A DNA stretch of 63,947 nucleotides, filler included, from 8 parts of 8 records of this genome joined end to end with filler, not necessarily neighbours in it; one strand, 5' to 3'; counted from the first letter of the whole stretch, positions 49,469 through 60,621 are shown. Notes: generated from the letters alone by a model not told the origin. Translations and numbers: made by a program.

Positions 49469-50471
49469 AGCGGATCCTCGGGTCAAGAATGCCGTAGAGA
49501 ACGTCGGCAATCAGGTTAAAGAGCACGATAAGCACCGCGAAGATGAAGGTAAGTGTCTGCACCGTGGGGATGTCGCCCCCCTGGATGGCGCCAATCAGCA
49601 GGTGACCCAGGCCGTTCACCTTGAACACCTGTTCGGTGATGATGGCGCCGCCGAACACTTGCGGCACGCCAAGCGCGATCACGGTCACAACGGGGATCAT
49701 CGAATTGCGCAGGACATGGACCATGACCACGACGCTTTCGGTCAGGCCCTTGGCGCGGGCGGTGCGCACGTAGTCCTGGTTGAGGTTGTCGAGCATGGAT
49801 GCGCGCATGAAACGGCTGATCTGGCTGGTGATCTGCAACGCCAGCACCATCACCGGCAGGATCATCTGTTTGAGCTGGATGACGAAGCTGTCCCAGTCCA
49901 CGACCACATGGGTGGTGTCATAGACAGAGGGGAACCAGCCCAGTTGCACGGCAAAGATCACGATCACCAGCACGCCGGAAAAGAACGGCGGAACCGAGAA
50001 GCCGACCATGGTGATGAACGTCCCGGCCTGGTCGAAGACCGAATACTGCTTGTAGGCGGAATAGATGCCAATGGGCAGCGCGATCAGGATACCGACCACA
50101 TAGGCGGTGCCGACAACCCACAGGGTCTGGGGCATACGCTGAGCGATGATGTCGACAACGGGGCTGCGGGTCTGCCAGGAAATCACCCGGGTACGGTCGC
50201 CATCGCCGATGGTCCAGCCGGTCCATTGCTCAAAGAGGTTGAGCGGTTCGTTCACGAAGAACTGCTGCAACCAGAGAAGAAAGCGGATGTGGATAGGTTC
50301 ATCGAGACCGAGCGAGGCCCTGATTTCAGCCCGTACCTCTGGTGGAATGGTCAGCGGAAGGCTGGCTGTCGGATCGGACGGGGCCAGATCGAGGATCAGG
50401 AAGATGATCAGGCTTATGAACAGAAGCGTCGGGATTGCCATGAGCAAGCGACGGATCGTGAAAGTCAGCAT
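49461..50471 (-). CDS. Peptide ABC transporter permease (OppB/DppB-like)
   Basis: DYVRTARAKGL, ITEQVF..NGLG, LDPRIR. Confidence 0.92.
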   Translation of the reverse strand: MLTFTIRRLLMAIPTLLFISLIIFLILDLAPSDPTASLPLTIPPEVRAEIRASLGLDEPIHIRFLLWLQQFFVNEPLNLFEQWTGWTIGDGDRTRVISWQTRSPVVDIIAQRMPQTLWVVGTAYVVGILIALPIGIYSAYKQYSVFDQAGTFITMVGFSVPPFFSGVLVIVIFAVQLGWFPSVYDTTHVVVDWDSFVIQLKQMILPVMVLALQITSQISRFMRASMLDNLNQDYVRTARAKGLTESVVVMVHVLRNSMIPVVTVIALGVPQVFGGAIITEQVFKVNGLGHLLIGAIQGGDIPTVQTLTFIFAVLIVLFNLIADVLYGILDPRIRYD

Positions 50472-50566
50472 GGGCGGGCGCCTCGGTTCAGAAGTCTGTT
50501 TTGCATGGGATCTTGGGGTGCCGCACCCCCCTTGAAGGGGATGCGGCGAAAGCGATCAGATCGAGA

Positions 50567-52273
50567 TTAGTCGATGCGATACCATTCTGCGATGTTCCAC
50601 AGCTCGGAATCCCAGTCGGACATGCGGATACCGCCAAGCGAATTCGCATGGGCCGAGACGCCACCACGGTGGATCAGCGGGATGATCGAGTAGGACTGCA
50701 TCAGCATGTCGTTCATCTCACGCGCCAGGCGGCCACGCTCTTCGAGCGGTGCGGTCTGGCTCATCTCGGTGACCAGCGCGTCATAGGCAGGATCACAGAA
50801 ACGCTGGATGTTGGAACCCTGCCACTGAGACGCAGGGCTCGGGATCTCGTTACAGCGCCAGTTGGCCATGTAGGCTTCGGGGTCCACACCAGCGAAGTTG
50901 TTGGTGTACATCTCGATATCCGCATAGAACTTCTGGAAGGTGTCCGGGCTGGACGGGTCGCCACCGAAAAACACGGACGCGTCGATGTTGCGCAGTTCAG
51001 CGTCGATGCCGATTTCGCTCCACCACTGCTTGATCAGCGCCTGAGTGTCCTGGCGGACGGCGTTGGTCGAGGTCTGGTAGAGAACCCGCAGCGGAATGCC
51101 GTTGTATTCACGTACGCCATCGCCATCGGTGTCCATGATGCCCGCTTCATCGAGCAGCGCGTTGGCGCCGGCGATATCCTGGGTCAGACAGCCGTCATTG
51201 GCGGTGGAGGCATAGAGCGCCGGGGCGGGCAGCACGTTACAGGTGGGCTGACCACCTGCGCCGTAGCCAACTTCAACCAGCAATGCGCGGTCGATGGCCA
51301 TGGACATCGCCTGACCGATGATCGGGTTGGTCAGGAACGGGTGCGCGCCGCCTTCTGCGGTCGAGCGTGCGTCGCCAAGCGCCGGGTCGGGGTTGAACTG
51401 GTTGAGGTGCAGACGCTCAACCGACGTGCCGAACGCGGTTACGACGGTACCGATGCCATTTGCTTCCATCTCGGCCAACAGGGTCGGGTCGATCTGAAGG
51501 TTCCAGGCATAGTCGAATTCACCGGTTTCCAGAACCGAACGGGCCGCAGAAGCAGCGTCGCCGCCACCTTTGAACACCACGCGGGCAAAGGCCGGCTGGT
51601 CAGGGTTACGGTAGTTTTCGTTCGCGACGAAGGTGATCACATCGTTCGGGCGGAATTCTTCCACGACGAACGGGCCGGTGCCGATCGGGCCAAAGTTGGC
51701 CTCGGTGCATTCGGGAGCGGCAGCGCCGAGACAGTCAGCGAACTGGGCTGCCTGGATGATCGGGCTCTCGGAGCCGACGAATGCAGTGTAGGGGAAGGGC
51801 TTGGGCGCTGCGAAGTTCACGCGAACCGTGCGGTCGTCCAGCGCTTCCACGCTTTCCACACCGTCAAAGTAGCTGGCCTGAGCACAGCCACCCTCGGGGT
51901 GGGTACAATACTGCCAGGTGAAGACAGCGTCGTTCGCGGTCACGGCAGTGCCATCGGACCACAGCAGGCCTTCGCGCAGCGTCCAGGTGATCGAGGTCAG
52001 ATCCTCTGCCACGCCGCCGTTTTCAACGGTCGGGATGCTTTCAGCCATGAACGGCACAAGCTGGCCGGTTTCATCGAAGCGGGCCATCGATTCCAGCACC
52101 AGCGATGCGGATTCCACCTCTTTCGTGCCGCCAGACAAATACGGGTTCAGCGTCGAGGGCGCCTGCCAGTAGATGATGTTGAGCTGGCCGTCCGAGCCAC
52201 GCTCGGCCATCGCGGCCACAGGGGCGAGGGCGAAAGCCGCCGCAGCCCCTAGCATGAGATGTCTTAACTTCAT
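50567..52273 (-). CDS. Peptide ABC substrate-binding protein (family 5)
   Basis: Signal peptide, LREGLLWSDG, IGTGPF. Confidence 0.92.
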   Translation of the reverse strand: MKLRHLMLGAAAAFALAPVAAMAERGSDGQLNIIYWQAPSTLNPYLSGGTKEVESASLVLESMARFDETGQLVPFMAESIPTVENGGVAEDLTSITWTLREGLLWSDGTAVTANDAVFTWQYCTHPEGGCAQASYFDGVESVEALDDRTVRVNFAAPKPFPYTAFVGSESPIIQAAQFADCLGAAAPECTEANFGPIGTGPFVVEEFRPNDVITFVANENYRNPDQPAFARVVFKGGGDAASAARSVLETGEFDYAWNLQIDPTLLAEMEANGIGTVVTAFGTSVERLHLNQFNPDPALGDARSTAEGGAHPFLTNPIIGQAMSMAIDRALLVEVGYGAGGQPTCNVLPAPALYASTANDGCLTQDIAGANALLDEAGIMDTDGDGVREYNGIPLRVLYQTSTNAVRQDTQALIKQWWSEIGIDAELRNIDASVFFGGDPSSPDTFQKFYADIEMYTNNFAGVDPEAYMANWRCNEIPSPASQWQGSNIQRFCDPAYDALVTEMSQTAPLEERGRLAREMNDMLMQSYSIIPLIHRGGVSAHANSLGGIRMSDWDSELWNIAEWYRID

Positions 52274-52340
52274 GTTGTTTCTCTCCTTGTTGGTCTCGTG
52301 AGCTCTTGTGACCTCATGATGTCGCCGTTTGTCGGCGATC

Positions 52341-53333
52341 TCATTGATTATATAGGTGGCAGGCAACGAAGCGACCCGGTTCGATTTCGCGGAACTCCGG
52401 GTCTGCCTGCTTGCAGATATCCATGACCCGCGGGCAGCGGGTGCAGAAGTTGCACCCCTTCGGCGGGTTTGACGGGCTTGGCACGTCGCCTTGCAAAATG
52501 ACTCGGTTGGCGGTGTCATGCGCGGCCGGATCGGGTTCGGGCACGGCAGACAGCAGCGCCACGGTGTAGGGATGCTTGGGCGTATCATAAAGCCCTTCGC
52601 GCGGGGCCAGTTCGACGACCTTGCCCAGATACATCACAGCGACCCGATCCGCGATATGGCGCACCATCGACAGGTCGTGGCTGATGAACAGGTAGGTCAG
52701 GCCAAGTTCGCTCTGAAGGTCTTCCAGCAGGTTCACGACTTGCGCCTGGATGGACACGTCGAGCGCTGCAATCGGTTCGTCACAGACGATGAATTTGGGG
52801 TTCAGCGCCAGCGCGCGGGCAATGCCGATCCGCTGCCGTTGCCCGCCGGAAAACTCGTGCGGGTAGCGGTTGGCGAAATCTCGGTTCAGACCCACGGCAT
52901 CCATAAGCTCGTAGATGCGGTCCAGCCGCTCGGCCTTGGACTTCTTCGTGTGCTCGCGCAGCGGCTCGCCAATGATATCGGCAACCGACATGCGGGGGTT
53001 GAGGCTGGCCTGCGGATCCTGGAACACCATCTGCATGACCGGGCGCATCTTGCGCAGATCGCCTTGCGACATGGTCGAGATATCCACGCTGTCTACCTCG
53101 ATCGTGCCCGCGGTCGGATCGTAGAGCCTCAATACCGCACGCCCGCAGGTGGATTTACCACAGCCGGATTCTCCAACCAGGCCAAGCGTTTCGCCTTCGT
53201 ATATGTCGAAACTGACGTCATCCACCGCCTTCACGTCGCCGGTGTGGCGGCGCAGCAGACCGGAATGGATGGGGAAATACATCTTCAGCCCGCTGACCGA
53301 GACCAGTTTCTTGCGTGCGGCGGAATCAAACAT
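52341..53333 (-). CDS. Peptide ABC ATPase (OppF/DppF-like)
   Basis: GESGCGKST, FSGGQRQR, DEP, C-terminal Cys motif. Confidence 0.93.
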   Translation of the reverse strand: MFDSAARKKLVSVSGLKMYFPIHSGLLRRHTGDVKAVDDVSFDIYEGETLGLVGESGCGKSTCGRAVLRLYDPTAGTIEVDSVDISTMSQGDLRKMRPVMQMVFQDPQASLNPRMSVADIIGEPLREHTKKSKAERLDRIYELMDAVGLNRDFANRYPHEFSGGQRQRIGIARALALNPKFIVCDEPIAALDVSIQAQVVNLLEDLQSELGLTYLFISHDLSMVRHIADRVAVMYLGKVVELAPREGLYDTPKHPYTVALLSAVPEPDPAAHDTANRVILQGDVPSPSNPPKGCNFCTRCPRVMDICKQADPEFREIEPGRFVACHLYNQ

Positions 53334-54333
53334 CGCGCGGGCCTCCGGTTTCGGGATCCCAGAAGCAGGCCACATCATGCACCGGCCCGACCGGATAACG
53401 TACCGGGTTTTCCCGTGCACAGCGCTCAAAGGCCTGTTCGCAGCGGTCGCGGAACGGGCAGGCGGTGGGGTGGGCGCGCAGGATCGGGGGCTGCCCCTCG
53501 ATCACTTCCAGCCGGTCCGCTCGGTCGCCCCGCACATGCGGCACGGTTTCCAGAAGGGCACGGGTATAGGGGTGCTTGGGGTTGGCAAACAGCTCGCGCA
53601 CTGGGGCGTGTTCCACCACCTGACCGCCATACATAACAAGAACGCGGTCGGCGATTCCGGCGATGACGCCAAGATCATGCGTGATCCAGACAACGGCCAT
53701 CCCCAGCTTGTCACGCAGGTCTTTCATCAGTTCGAGGATCTGCGCCTGAATGGTCACATCGAGCGCCGTTGTGGGTTCATCCGCGATCAGCACCTTGGGG
53801 TCGCAGGCAAGAGCGATGGCGATCATCACCCGCTGGCGCATACCGCCGGAAAACTGGTGCGGATAGTCCTTCAGCCGGCGTTCCGCATCGGGAATTCCGA
53901 CCAGTTCCAGCAGTTCCTTGGCGCGCACCCGAGCGCGGGACTTGTTCATGCCCATGTGCTTGCGCAACGGCTCCATCAGTTGGAAGCCGACATTGAACAC
54001 CGGGTTCAAAGAGGTCATCGGATCCTGAAAGACGAACCCGATCCGGGCGCCACGCACGGCGCGAAGCTGATCATCGGTCGCGGTCAGCAGATCCTGGCCT
54101 TCGAACATGACCCCCGCACCGGTCACCACCGCAGGCGGGGCCGGGACCAGTCCGATCAGGGACATCATCGTCACGGATTTTCCAGAACCGCTTTCCCCGA
54201 CAACGCCCAGAAGCTCTCCAGCCTTGAGACTGAAGCTGACATTGTTCACAGCATGGACTTCCCCACGCCGGGTTTTGAATACGGTCTTGAGGTCCTTGAC
54301 ATCAAGGACAGAGGGCTGTGCCCCATCAAGCAT
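53326..54333 (-). CDS. Peptide ABC ATPase (OppD/DppD-like)
   Basis: [24 protein letters not shown]. Confidence 0.93.
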   Translation of the reverse strand: MLDGAQPSVLDVKDLKTVFKTRRGEVHAVNNVSFSLKAGELLGVVGESGSGKSVTMMSLIGLVPAPPAVVTGAGVMFEGQDLLTATDDQLRAVRGARIGFVFQDPMTSLNPVFNVGFQLMEPLRKHMGMNKSRARVRAKELLELVGIPDAERRLKDYPHQFSGGMRQRVMIAIALACDPKVLIADEPTTALDVTIQAQILELMKDLRDKLGMAVVWITHDLGVIAGIADRVLVMYGGQVVEHAPVRELFANPKHPYTRALLETVPHVRGDRADRLEVIEGQPPILRAHPTACPFRDRCEQAFERCARENPVRYPVGPVHDVACFWDPETGGPRDV

Positions 54334-54556
54334 CACCAGACGCTCCTCACCGGTTGGACATCGCCCCGCCTCTGTCGGGCGGGTGCGTTCATTGCTGGTC
54401 ACGGTATCAGGAAATTCCCCCCCCGCAAGCGCTTTGACGCTGACCCGACGTCCGGTTTTGACCGTTCGGGCAAAATTTGCGCATTTGTCGGCGACGGGCT
54501 TGACGGGCTGGCAGGCTGAGAACAGGCTCGGGCGCGAAGCAGAAAGGACGCCGCCC

Positions 54557-55720
54557 ATGCTCTCTGAAATGACCTCCCGTGATCTTCTGGAAAAGCTTGT
54601 TTCATTTCCGACAGTTAGTCGCGACAGCAACCTTGAACTGATTGACTGGGCGGAAACTTGGCTAACCAGTCTGGGGGCGCGCTGTTTCCGCGATTATAAC
54701 GAGGATCGCACCAAGGCGAGCCTCTATGCCCATATCGGCCCAGACATTGAAGGTGGCGTCATTCTGTCGGGCCATACCGACGTTGTGCCGGTGGATGGTC
54801 AGAACTGGTCAACCGACCCGTTCACAGTCGTGGAAAAGGACGGAAAGCTGTTCGGGCGTGGCTGCTGCGATATGAAAGGCTTTGATGCACTGGCGATGGC
54901 GGCAATGGCGAAGGCGGCAAAACTGACCCTCAAGAAGCCCTTGCAGATATGCCTGTCCCGCGATGAAGAGATCGGCTGCACCGGTGCCCCGCCGATGATT
55001 GCGCATATGCAGGGAAATCTGCCGAAAGCCCGGCTCGCGATCATCGGTGAACCCACGATGATGCAGGTGGTGACCGGCCATAAGGGCGGAATCGGTTACG
55101 ACACCCATTTCCGCGGCTTCGAGGTGCATTCTTCCATGATCGATGATGGCGTGTCTGCGATCATGGAGGCCGCCAAGCTGATTGATTGGGCCAACAAGAT
55201 GAATGACGAGAACAGGGCCAGGCTGCCTGAAGGGGCCGATGCGCTGTTCGATCCGCCCTTTACCACGCTGCATGTGGGCATGATCGAAGGCGGCACCGCC
55301 CACAACATCACGGCCAAGGATTGCAAATTCGTCATGTCTTTCCGCTGCGTGCCGGGGGAATCGATGGACGAATGGGGTGCGCGGTACGAGGCCGAGGTAC
55401 GGCAGCTGGAAGCGCAGATGCAGAAGGTGCATCCATCTTGCTTCATCCAGATTGACCGCCGGTGGGACGTGCCGGGGCTGAAACCCGAGGAAAACGGCCC
55501 GGCAGAGGAACTGGTGCGCCGCCTGACCGGCGACAACGCCACCCATGTCGTCAGCTATGGCACCGAGGCCGGGCAGTTTCAGGATGGCGGCTATTCCGCC
55601 GTTGTCTGCGGCCCCGGTGACATCGCGCAGGCGCATCAACCCGATGAGTTCCTGACAGTGGCACAATTCGAAGCGGGCGAACGGTTCATGGACAAGCTGT
55701 TGGAGACGCTCTGCGAATGA
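54557..55720 (+). CDS. argE: Acetylornithine deacetylase-like M20A hydrolase
   Basis: SGHTDVVP, GRGCCDMKG, DEEIGC, GEPT, AHQPDE. Confidence 0.85.
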   Translation: MLSEMTSRDLLEKLVSFPTVSRDSNLELIDWAETWLTSLGARCFRDYNEDRTKASLYAHIGPDIEGGVILSGHTDVVPVDGQNWSTDPFTVVEKDGKLFGRGCCDMKGFDALAMAAMAKAAKLTLKKPLQICLSRDEEIGCTGAPPMIAHMQGNLPKARLAIIGEPTMMQVVTGHKGGIGYDTHFRGFEVHSSMIDDGVSAIMEAAKLIDWANKMNDENRARLPEGADALFDPPFTTLHVGMIEGGTAHNITAKDCKFVMSFRCVPGESMDEWGARYEAEVRQLEAQMQKVHPSCFIQIDRRWDVPGLKPEENGPAEELVRRLTGDNATHVVSYGTEAGQFQDGGYSAVVCGPGDIAQAHQPDEFLTVAQFEAGERFMDKLLETLCE

Positions 55721-57060
55721 CGATCTTCCCGCTCGGGCTGCACCGGCCCGTCGAACATGCCGGACCGCTGCCCGAGACGGCGGATGTGGTCATTATCGGC
55801 GGTGGCGTCATCGGGGTGATGACGGCCTATTACCTTGCCGAAAAGGGCCTTCGCCCTGTGGTGCTGGAAAAGGGCCGGGTTGCGGCGGAACAAAGCAGCC
55901 GCAACTGGGGTTGGGTCCGCCAGCAAGGACGCGACCCCTCAGAATTGCCGATCATGATGGAAGCAAACCGCTTGTGGACGCAGCTTGCCGCTGAGGTGGG
56001 CGAGGATCTGGGTCTGGAGCAATGCGGGCTGACCTATCTGGCAAAAAACGCATCCGAGATGGAGGGCTTTCAGGGCTGGCTGGATGCTGTCGCAGGGTCA
56101 GGTGTGGACAGCCGGTTGCTGAGCGCAAATGAGACCGCCGACCTGCTGCCGGGGGGACAGACGCCTTGGGCTGGTGCGTTGCACACGGCCAGCGACATGA
56201 AAGCCGAGCCGTGGATTGCGGTGCCCGCCCTGGCGCGTGCCGCCGTTCGCAAAGGGGCTGTGATCGTTGAAAACTGCGCTGCGCGGCTGATCGACGTGGA
56301 AGCCGGCAAAGTGGCCGGTGTCGCGACCGAACAGGGCCGCATCCGCGCGCCAGAGGTGGTGGTTGCAGGTGGTGCGTGGTCGTCACTGTTGCTGCGCCAG
56401 CACGGCATTCGCATCCCGCAGCTTTCCGTCAAGGCCACGGTGGTTGCAACCAAGGCGCTGCCCGAGGTGCATGGCGGTGGCGCGACCGGGCAAAGCCTTG
56501 CCTTCCGCAGGCGTGACGATGGCGGCTACACGCTGGCCAATGGCGGCTTTCACGAGATCTTCCTTGGCTGGGACGCTTTCCGCCATGTACCGAAATACAT
56601 CCCGCAACTGCGCCGCGACCCCTGGGGGCGGGTGTACCACCCTCTTGCGCCGCGCGGCTATCCAGATGGCTGGTCCACCCCGCGCGTCTGGCGTGACGTG
56701 GACGAAACCCCGTTCGAACGGATGCGCGTCCTGAACCCCGCCCCGCACCGCAAGACCGTCGCGCGCCTGTTGCGTGGCTTCGGGCAGGAATTTCCGTCGG
56801 GTCGGGTCGAAGCGGCGTGTGCCTGGGCCGGGATGATCGACACGATGCCCGATATCGTGCCGGTAGTGGACCGCGCCGCCAGCCTGCCGGGCCTGTCTAT
56901 CTGCACTGGCATGTGCGGGCATGGCTTTGGCATCGGGCCGGGATTTGGCCGGGTCATGGCCTCGATGATCAGCGGCGAAGATGTGGGCCACGACCTGAGC
57001 CGCTTCCGTCTGACGCGCTTCTCCGATGGCTCCCCGATATCGCTTGGTCCGGACATATGA
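55717..57060 (+). CDS. FAD-dependent oxidoreductase (DAO/DadA family)
   Basis: IGGGVIG, EQSSRNWGW, WAGMID, GHGFGIGP. Confidence 0.9.
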   Translation: MTIFPLGLHRPVEHAGPLPETADVVIIGGGVIGVMTAYYLAEKGLRPVVLEKGRVAAEQSSRNWGWVRQQGRDPSELPIMMEANRLWTQLAAEVGEDLGLEQCGLTYLAKNASEMEGFQGWLDAVAGSGVDSRLLSANETADLLPGGQTPWAGALHTASDMKAEPWIAVPALARAAVRKGAVIVENCAARLIDVEAGKVAGVATEQGRIRAPEVVVAGGAWSSLLLRQHGIRIPQLSVKATVVATKALPEVHGGGATGQSLAFRRRDDGGYTLANGGFHEIFLGWDAFRHVPKYIPQLRRDPWGRVYHPLAPRGYPDGWSTPRVWRDVDETPFERMRVLNPAPHRKTVARLLRGFGQEFPSGRVEAACAWAGMIDTMPDIVPVVDRAASLPGLSICTGMCGHGFGIGPGFGRVMASMISGEDVGHDLSRFRLTRFSDGSPISLGPDI

Positions 57061-57162
57061 CGCGACGTGCCGTCAGATTGGCGGCCCGCCCCCCTTGCCC
57101 GGATTTGAACAATCGGTCAGGTTTCGCCTGACCCCATCATTGCTTTGGTAAGGAATCTGCGA

Positions 57163-58332
57163 ATGCCCGTGAAGAATCGTCTTGCCGAATTGCTGCCCGA
57201 GATCACCGAATGGCGGCGCGACCTGCATGAGAACCCCGAGATTCTCTACGACCTGCCGCGCACCACGGCTTTGGTCGAGGTAAAGCTGAAGGCGTTCGGC
57301 TGTGATGAGGTCGTGCCGGGCGTGGGCCGGTCAGGGGTGATCGGCGTCATAAAGGGCAAGTCCGACAGCAAGGGCCGGGTGATCGGGCTGCGCGCCGACA
57401 TGGATGCGCTGCCGATGGATGAGAAGACGGGGCTGCCCTATGCATCAAAAACGGCGGGCAAAATGCACGCATGCGGCCATGACGGGCACACCGCGATGCT
57501 GCTTGGCGCGGCGAAATACCTGTCCGAGACGCGCAATTTCGACGGCACTGTTGTGCTGATCTTCCAGCCCGCCGAGGAAGGTGGGGCAGGGGGGAAGGCC
57601 ATGGTCGATGATGGCATGATGGAACGGTGGGGCATTCAGGAAGTCTATGGGATGCACAATGAACCGGGACTGCCCGTGGGCGAGTTCGGCGTCAGCCCCG
57701 GCCCGATCATGGCCGCAGCCGACGAGATCGAGATCGTGATCCGCGGCCGCGGGGGCCATGCGGCGCAGCCCCATAACGTCATCGACCCTGTGCCCGCTGC
57801 CTGCGCCACCGTCATGGCGCTGCAAACCGTGGCCAGCCGCAACACCGACCCGATCAAATCCGTTGTCGTCTCGATCTGCGTGATGAATACCGAAAGCGCC
57901 GCAACCAATGTGATCGACGATTCGGTTCGGCTGGCAGGGACGGTCCGCACATTGGACGAGGATGTGCGTGATATGGCCGAAGTGCGCATCATCGAGATCG
58001 TGAACGCCACCGCCGCCGCCTATGGCTGCACCGCTGATATCCAGTATCACCGAGGCTACCCGGTGACCGTGAACCACGAGGAAAACGCCGAGATCGCCGC
58101 TGAAATCGCGCGCGCCGTCGCTGGCGACACCCGCGTCCGCTATGGTCGTCCGCCGCGCATGGGGGCCGAGGATTTCAGCTATATGCTGCGCGCCCGACCC
58201 GGCGCCTTTATCAACGTGGGCAATGGCGACAGCGCCAAGGTCCACCACCCCGCGTATAATTTCAACGATGAGGCGATCCCCTACGGGTGCAGCTTCTTCG
58301 CAGAACTCGTAGAACGACGAATGCCCGCCTGA
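57163..58332 (+). CDS. M20D amidohydrolase (hippurate hydrolase-like)
   Basis: RADMDALP, MHACGHDGH, FQPAEEG, GAEDF. Confidence 0.92.
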   Translation: MPVKNRLAELLPEITEWRRDLHENPEILYDLPRTTALVEVKLKAFGCDEVVPGVGRSGVIGVIKGKSDSKGRVIGLRADMDALPMDEKTGLPYASKTAGKMHACGHDGHTAMLLGAAKYLSETRNFDGTVVLIFQPAEEGGAGGKAMVDDGMMERWGIQEVYGMHNEPGLPVGEFGVSPGPIMAAADEIEIVIRGRGGHAAQPHNVIDPVPAACATVMALQTVASRNTDPIKSVVVSICVMNTESAATNVIDDSVRLAGTVRTLDEDVRDMAEVRIIEIVNATAAAYGCTADIQYHRGYPVTVNHEENAEIAAEIARAVAGDTRVRYGRPPRMGAEDFSYMLRARPGAFINVGNGDSAKVHHPAYNFNDEAIPYGCSFFAELVERRMPA

Positions 58333-58346
58333 AAGGACCCCGCGCC

Positions 58347-58667
58347 ATGCCCGTGAAGAACAGCCTTGCTGAAATGCAGCCCGAAATCGCGGGCTGGCGC
58401 CGCCACCTGCACCAGCACCCGGAACTGATGTACGAGGTGCATGAAACCGCCTCCTTCGTCGTGGACCGCCTGAAGGAGATTGGCGTTACCGACATCACCC
58501 CCGGCATTGGCAAAACCGGGGTTGTGGCGGTGATCAAGGGCAAGACGGATACCAAGGGCCGCGTCATCGGCCTGCGCGCCGATATGGATGCGCTGCCGAT
58601 CCATGAGGCGTCGGGCGTGGATTATGCCTCTCAGACACCGGGCAAGATGCATGCCTGCGGCCATGAC
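58347..58667 (+). CDS. Second M20D amidohydrolase, N-terminal part
   Basis: MPVKNS, RADMDALP, MHACGHD; cut by contig end. Confidence 0.9.
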
Positions 58668-58767
58668 NNNNNNNNNNNNNNNNNNNNNNNNNNNNNNNNN
58701 NNNNNNNNNNNTTAATTAATTAANNNNNNNNNNNNNNNNNNNNNNNNNNNNNNNNNNNNNNNNNNNN
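58668..58767. other. Artificial contig spacer
   Basis: N44-TTAATTAATTAA-N44. Confidence 0.99.
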
Positions 58768-58768
58768 C

Positions 58769-59488
58769 ATGATGCGCGTCAGCGTTGTGGCCACCGGTAT
58801 CGAAGCCTCGGAAATGGTTGGCGACATGCCAGCACCCCGCCGCCCAATGTCCGCACCGCTCAAGCAAAAGGTTGCAGCCGAAGAAGTTCAGCCCGCACCC
58901 GCACCTGCCGCCGCACCGCTGACACTAGAGCAGCCCGCGATGGTTCAGACGGCCGAAGTGACCGAAGAGCCAAGCCTGTTCTCGGGCATGGGTGTCGAAG
59001 AAGTCGCCGCACAGGATCTGGGCGAAGACATCTTTGAACCTGTCGATCAGGAACCTATGGGTGACGACGGCCTGCCAATGCCAGCGTATCAGCCGCAGCA
59101 GTTCGCGCCTGAGCCACAGCAACAACAGCACCAGATGATGGAGCCCGAGGTCGAAACCTTCGTTGCACCGCGCGCCCCCGCACCTGGCACCGTATCCCCC
59201 GAAGCCGCTCAGCGTCTTCAGGCGGCTGTGCAAAAAGTGCCCTCTGCTCCACAGCAGGGACATCAGGCGCCAGTTGACGCACATGGCAAGCCTTCGCGTT
59301 CCGGGTTCAACCGCTTGATCGATCGCATGACCGGCCACGCGGCGGATACACCAGCCCAAGCCGCAGCGCCTGCACGTCATCAGCCGATGATGCGCCAGGC
59401 TGACGCAACGGCACCTCAGTACGAGGAAAGCGACCCAGAGCAGGATCGCATTGAAATTCCCGCCTTCCTGCGTCGCCAAGCGAACTGA
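58769..59488 (+). CDS. ftsZ: FtsZ C-terminal linker and tail
   Basis: RVSVVATGI ... IEIPAFLRRQAN. Confidence 0.95.
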   Translation: MMRVSVVATGIEASEMVGDMPAPRRPMSAPLKQKVAAEEVQPAPAPAAAPLTLEQPAMVQTAEVTEEPSLFSGMGVEEVAAQDLGEDIFEPVDQEPMGDDGLPMPAYQPQQFAPEPQQQQHQMMEPEVETFVAPRAPAPGTVSPEAAQRLQAAVQKVPSAPQQGHQAPVDAHGKPSRSGFNRLIDRMTGHAADTPAQAAAPARHQPMMRQADATAPQYEESDPEQDRIEIPAFLRRQAN

Positions 59489-59509
59489 TAGCGGTCACAT
59501 TATCGTCTC

Positions 59510-59537
59510 AAAAGGCCACCTCAGGGTGGCCTTTTTT
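59510..59537 (+). terminator. Rho-independent terminator after ftsZ
   Basis: AAAAGGCCACC-TCAG-GGTGGCCTTTTTT. Confidence 0.85.
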
Positions 59538-59700
59538 GTTTGTATTGCAGTTGGTTAACAAAGTCTGAGCGAAGTTTTGCCGAGTTGTTACATTCATGTT
59601 TCATTCCGTTGCAAAGATTGAGTTGAGCGTAACGAACGGACGCCTTAACTCAGTGTCAACGCGGCTCACAGAGGTCGTAAATTGTCTCACGAGGCACCCA

Positions 59701-60621
59701 TTGCAAAACACGCTCAAAACATCGGTTCCCTTCGTTGGGGTTGGACTGCACAGCGGCCGCCCTGTGAAAATGGTTTTGCGTCCTGCGTCTGCTGGGCACG
59801 GAATCTGGTTCAAACGGACAGACATCGATGAACGCGGCGCAATGATCCCAGCGCTCTACCACTTGGTAGAACGCTCGCCTCTGTGTACCCGTCTGGTGAA
59901 TGACGCCGGTGTTTCGGTTTCAACCGTAGAACACATCATGGCGGCGCTGGCCGGATGTGGCGTTCACAACGCATTGATCGAAATCAGCGGCCCCGAAGTG
60001 CCAATCATGGATGGCTCCTCGGTTCCGTTCCTGCGTGGAATCATGAAACACGGCGTGCGTACTCAGGCGGCTCCGATTCTGGCCTATCAGGTGCTGAAAC
60101 CCGTCACCGTTGAAAAAGACGGCGCCCGTGCAACCCTGTTGCCTGCGGATCAGTTTGAGATCGAATTTCACATCTCCTTTACCGATGCTGCCATCGGCAC
60201 ACAGACCAAGCGTTTGGATATGCGCAACGGCAGTTTTGCCCGCGAACTCAGCGACAGCCGCACGTTCTGTAACCTGTCTGATGTGGACATGATGCGCGCC
60301 CAAGGTCTGGCGCTCGGTGGCACCTTTGAAAACGCCGTTGTCGTCGACGACGGCGAGGTGCTCAGCCCCGGTGGCCTGCGTCACTCGGACGAGGCGGTGC
60401 GCCATAAGATGTTGGATGCATTGGGTGATTTGGCTTTGGCCGGGGGTCCTTTGTTGGGGCGCTATGTCGGCGAACGGGCCGGACATTCCCTGACCAACAC
60501 TTTGCTGCGCGCCCTGTTTGAAACACCCGGTGCGGTGCGCCCTGTGGAATGTACCCCAGACATGGCTGCACGGATGCCAGGTCAGGGTTTGGTCTGGGCC
60601 GAAATCCCTCGCGTGGCCTGA
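59701..60621 (+). CDS. lpxC: UDP-3-O-acyl-GlcNAc deacetylase
   Basis: GVGLHSG, TVEH, SRTF, RHKMLDALGDL; TTG start is inferred. Confidence 0.95.
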   Translation: MQNTLKTSVPFVGVGLHSGRPVKMVLRPASAGHGIWFKRTDIDERGAMIPALYHLVERSPLCTRLVNDAGVSVSTVEHIMAALAGCGVHNALIEISGPEVPIMDGSSVPFLRGIMKHGVRTQAAPILAYQVLKPVTVEKDGARATLLPADQFEIEFHISFTDAAIGTQTKRLDMRNGSFARELSDSRTFCNLSDVDMMRAQGLALGGTFENAVVVDDGEVLSPGGLRHSDEAVRHKMLDALGDLALAGGPLLGRYVGERAGHSLTNTLLRALFETPGAVRPVECTPDMAARMPGQGLVWAEIPRVA

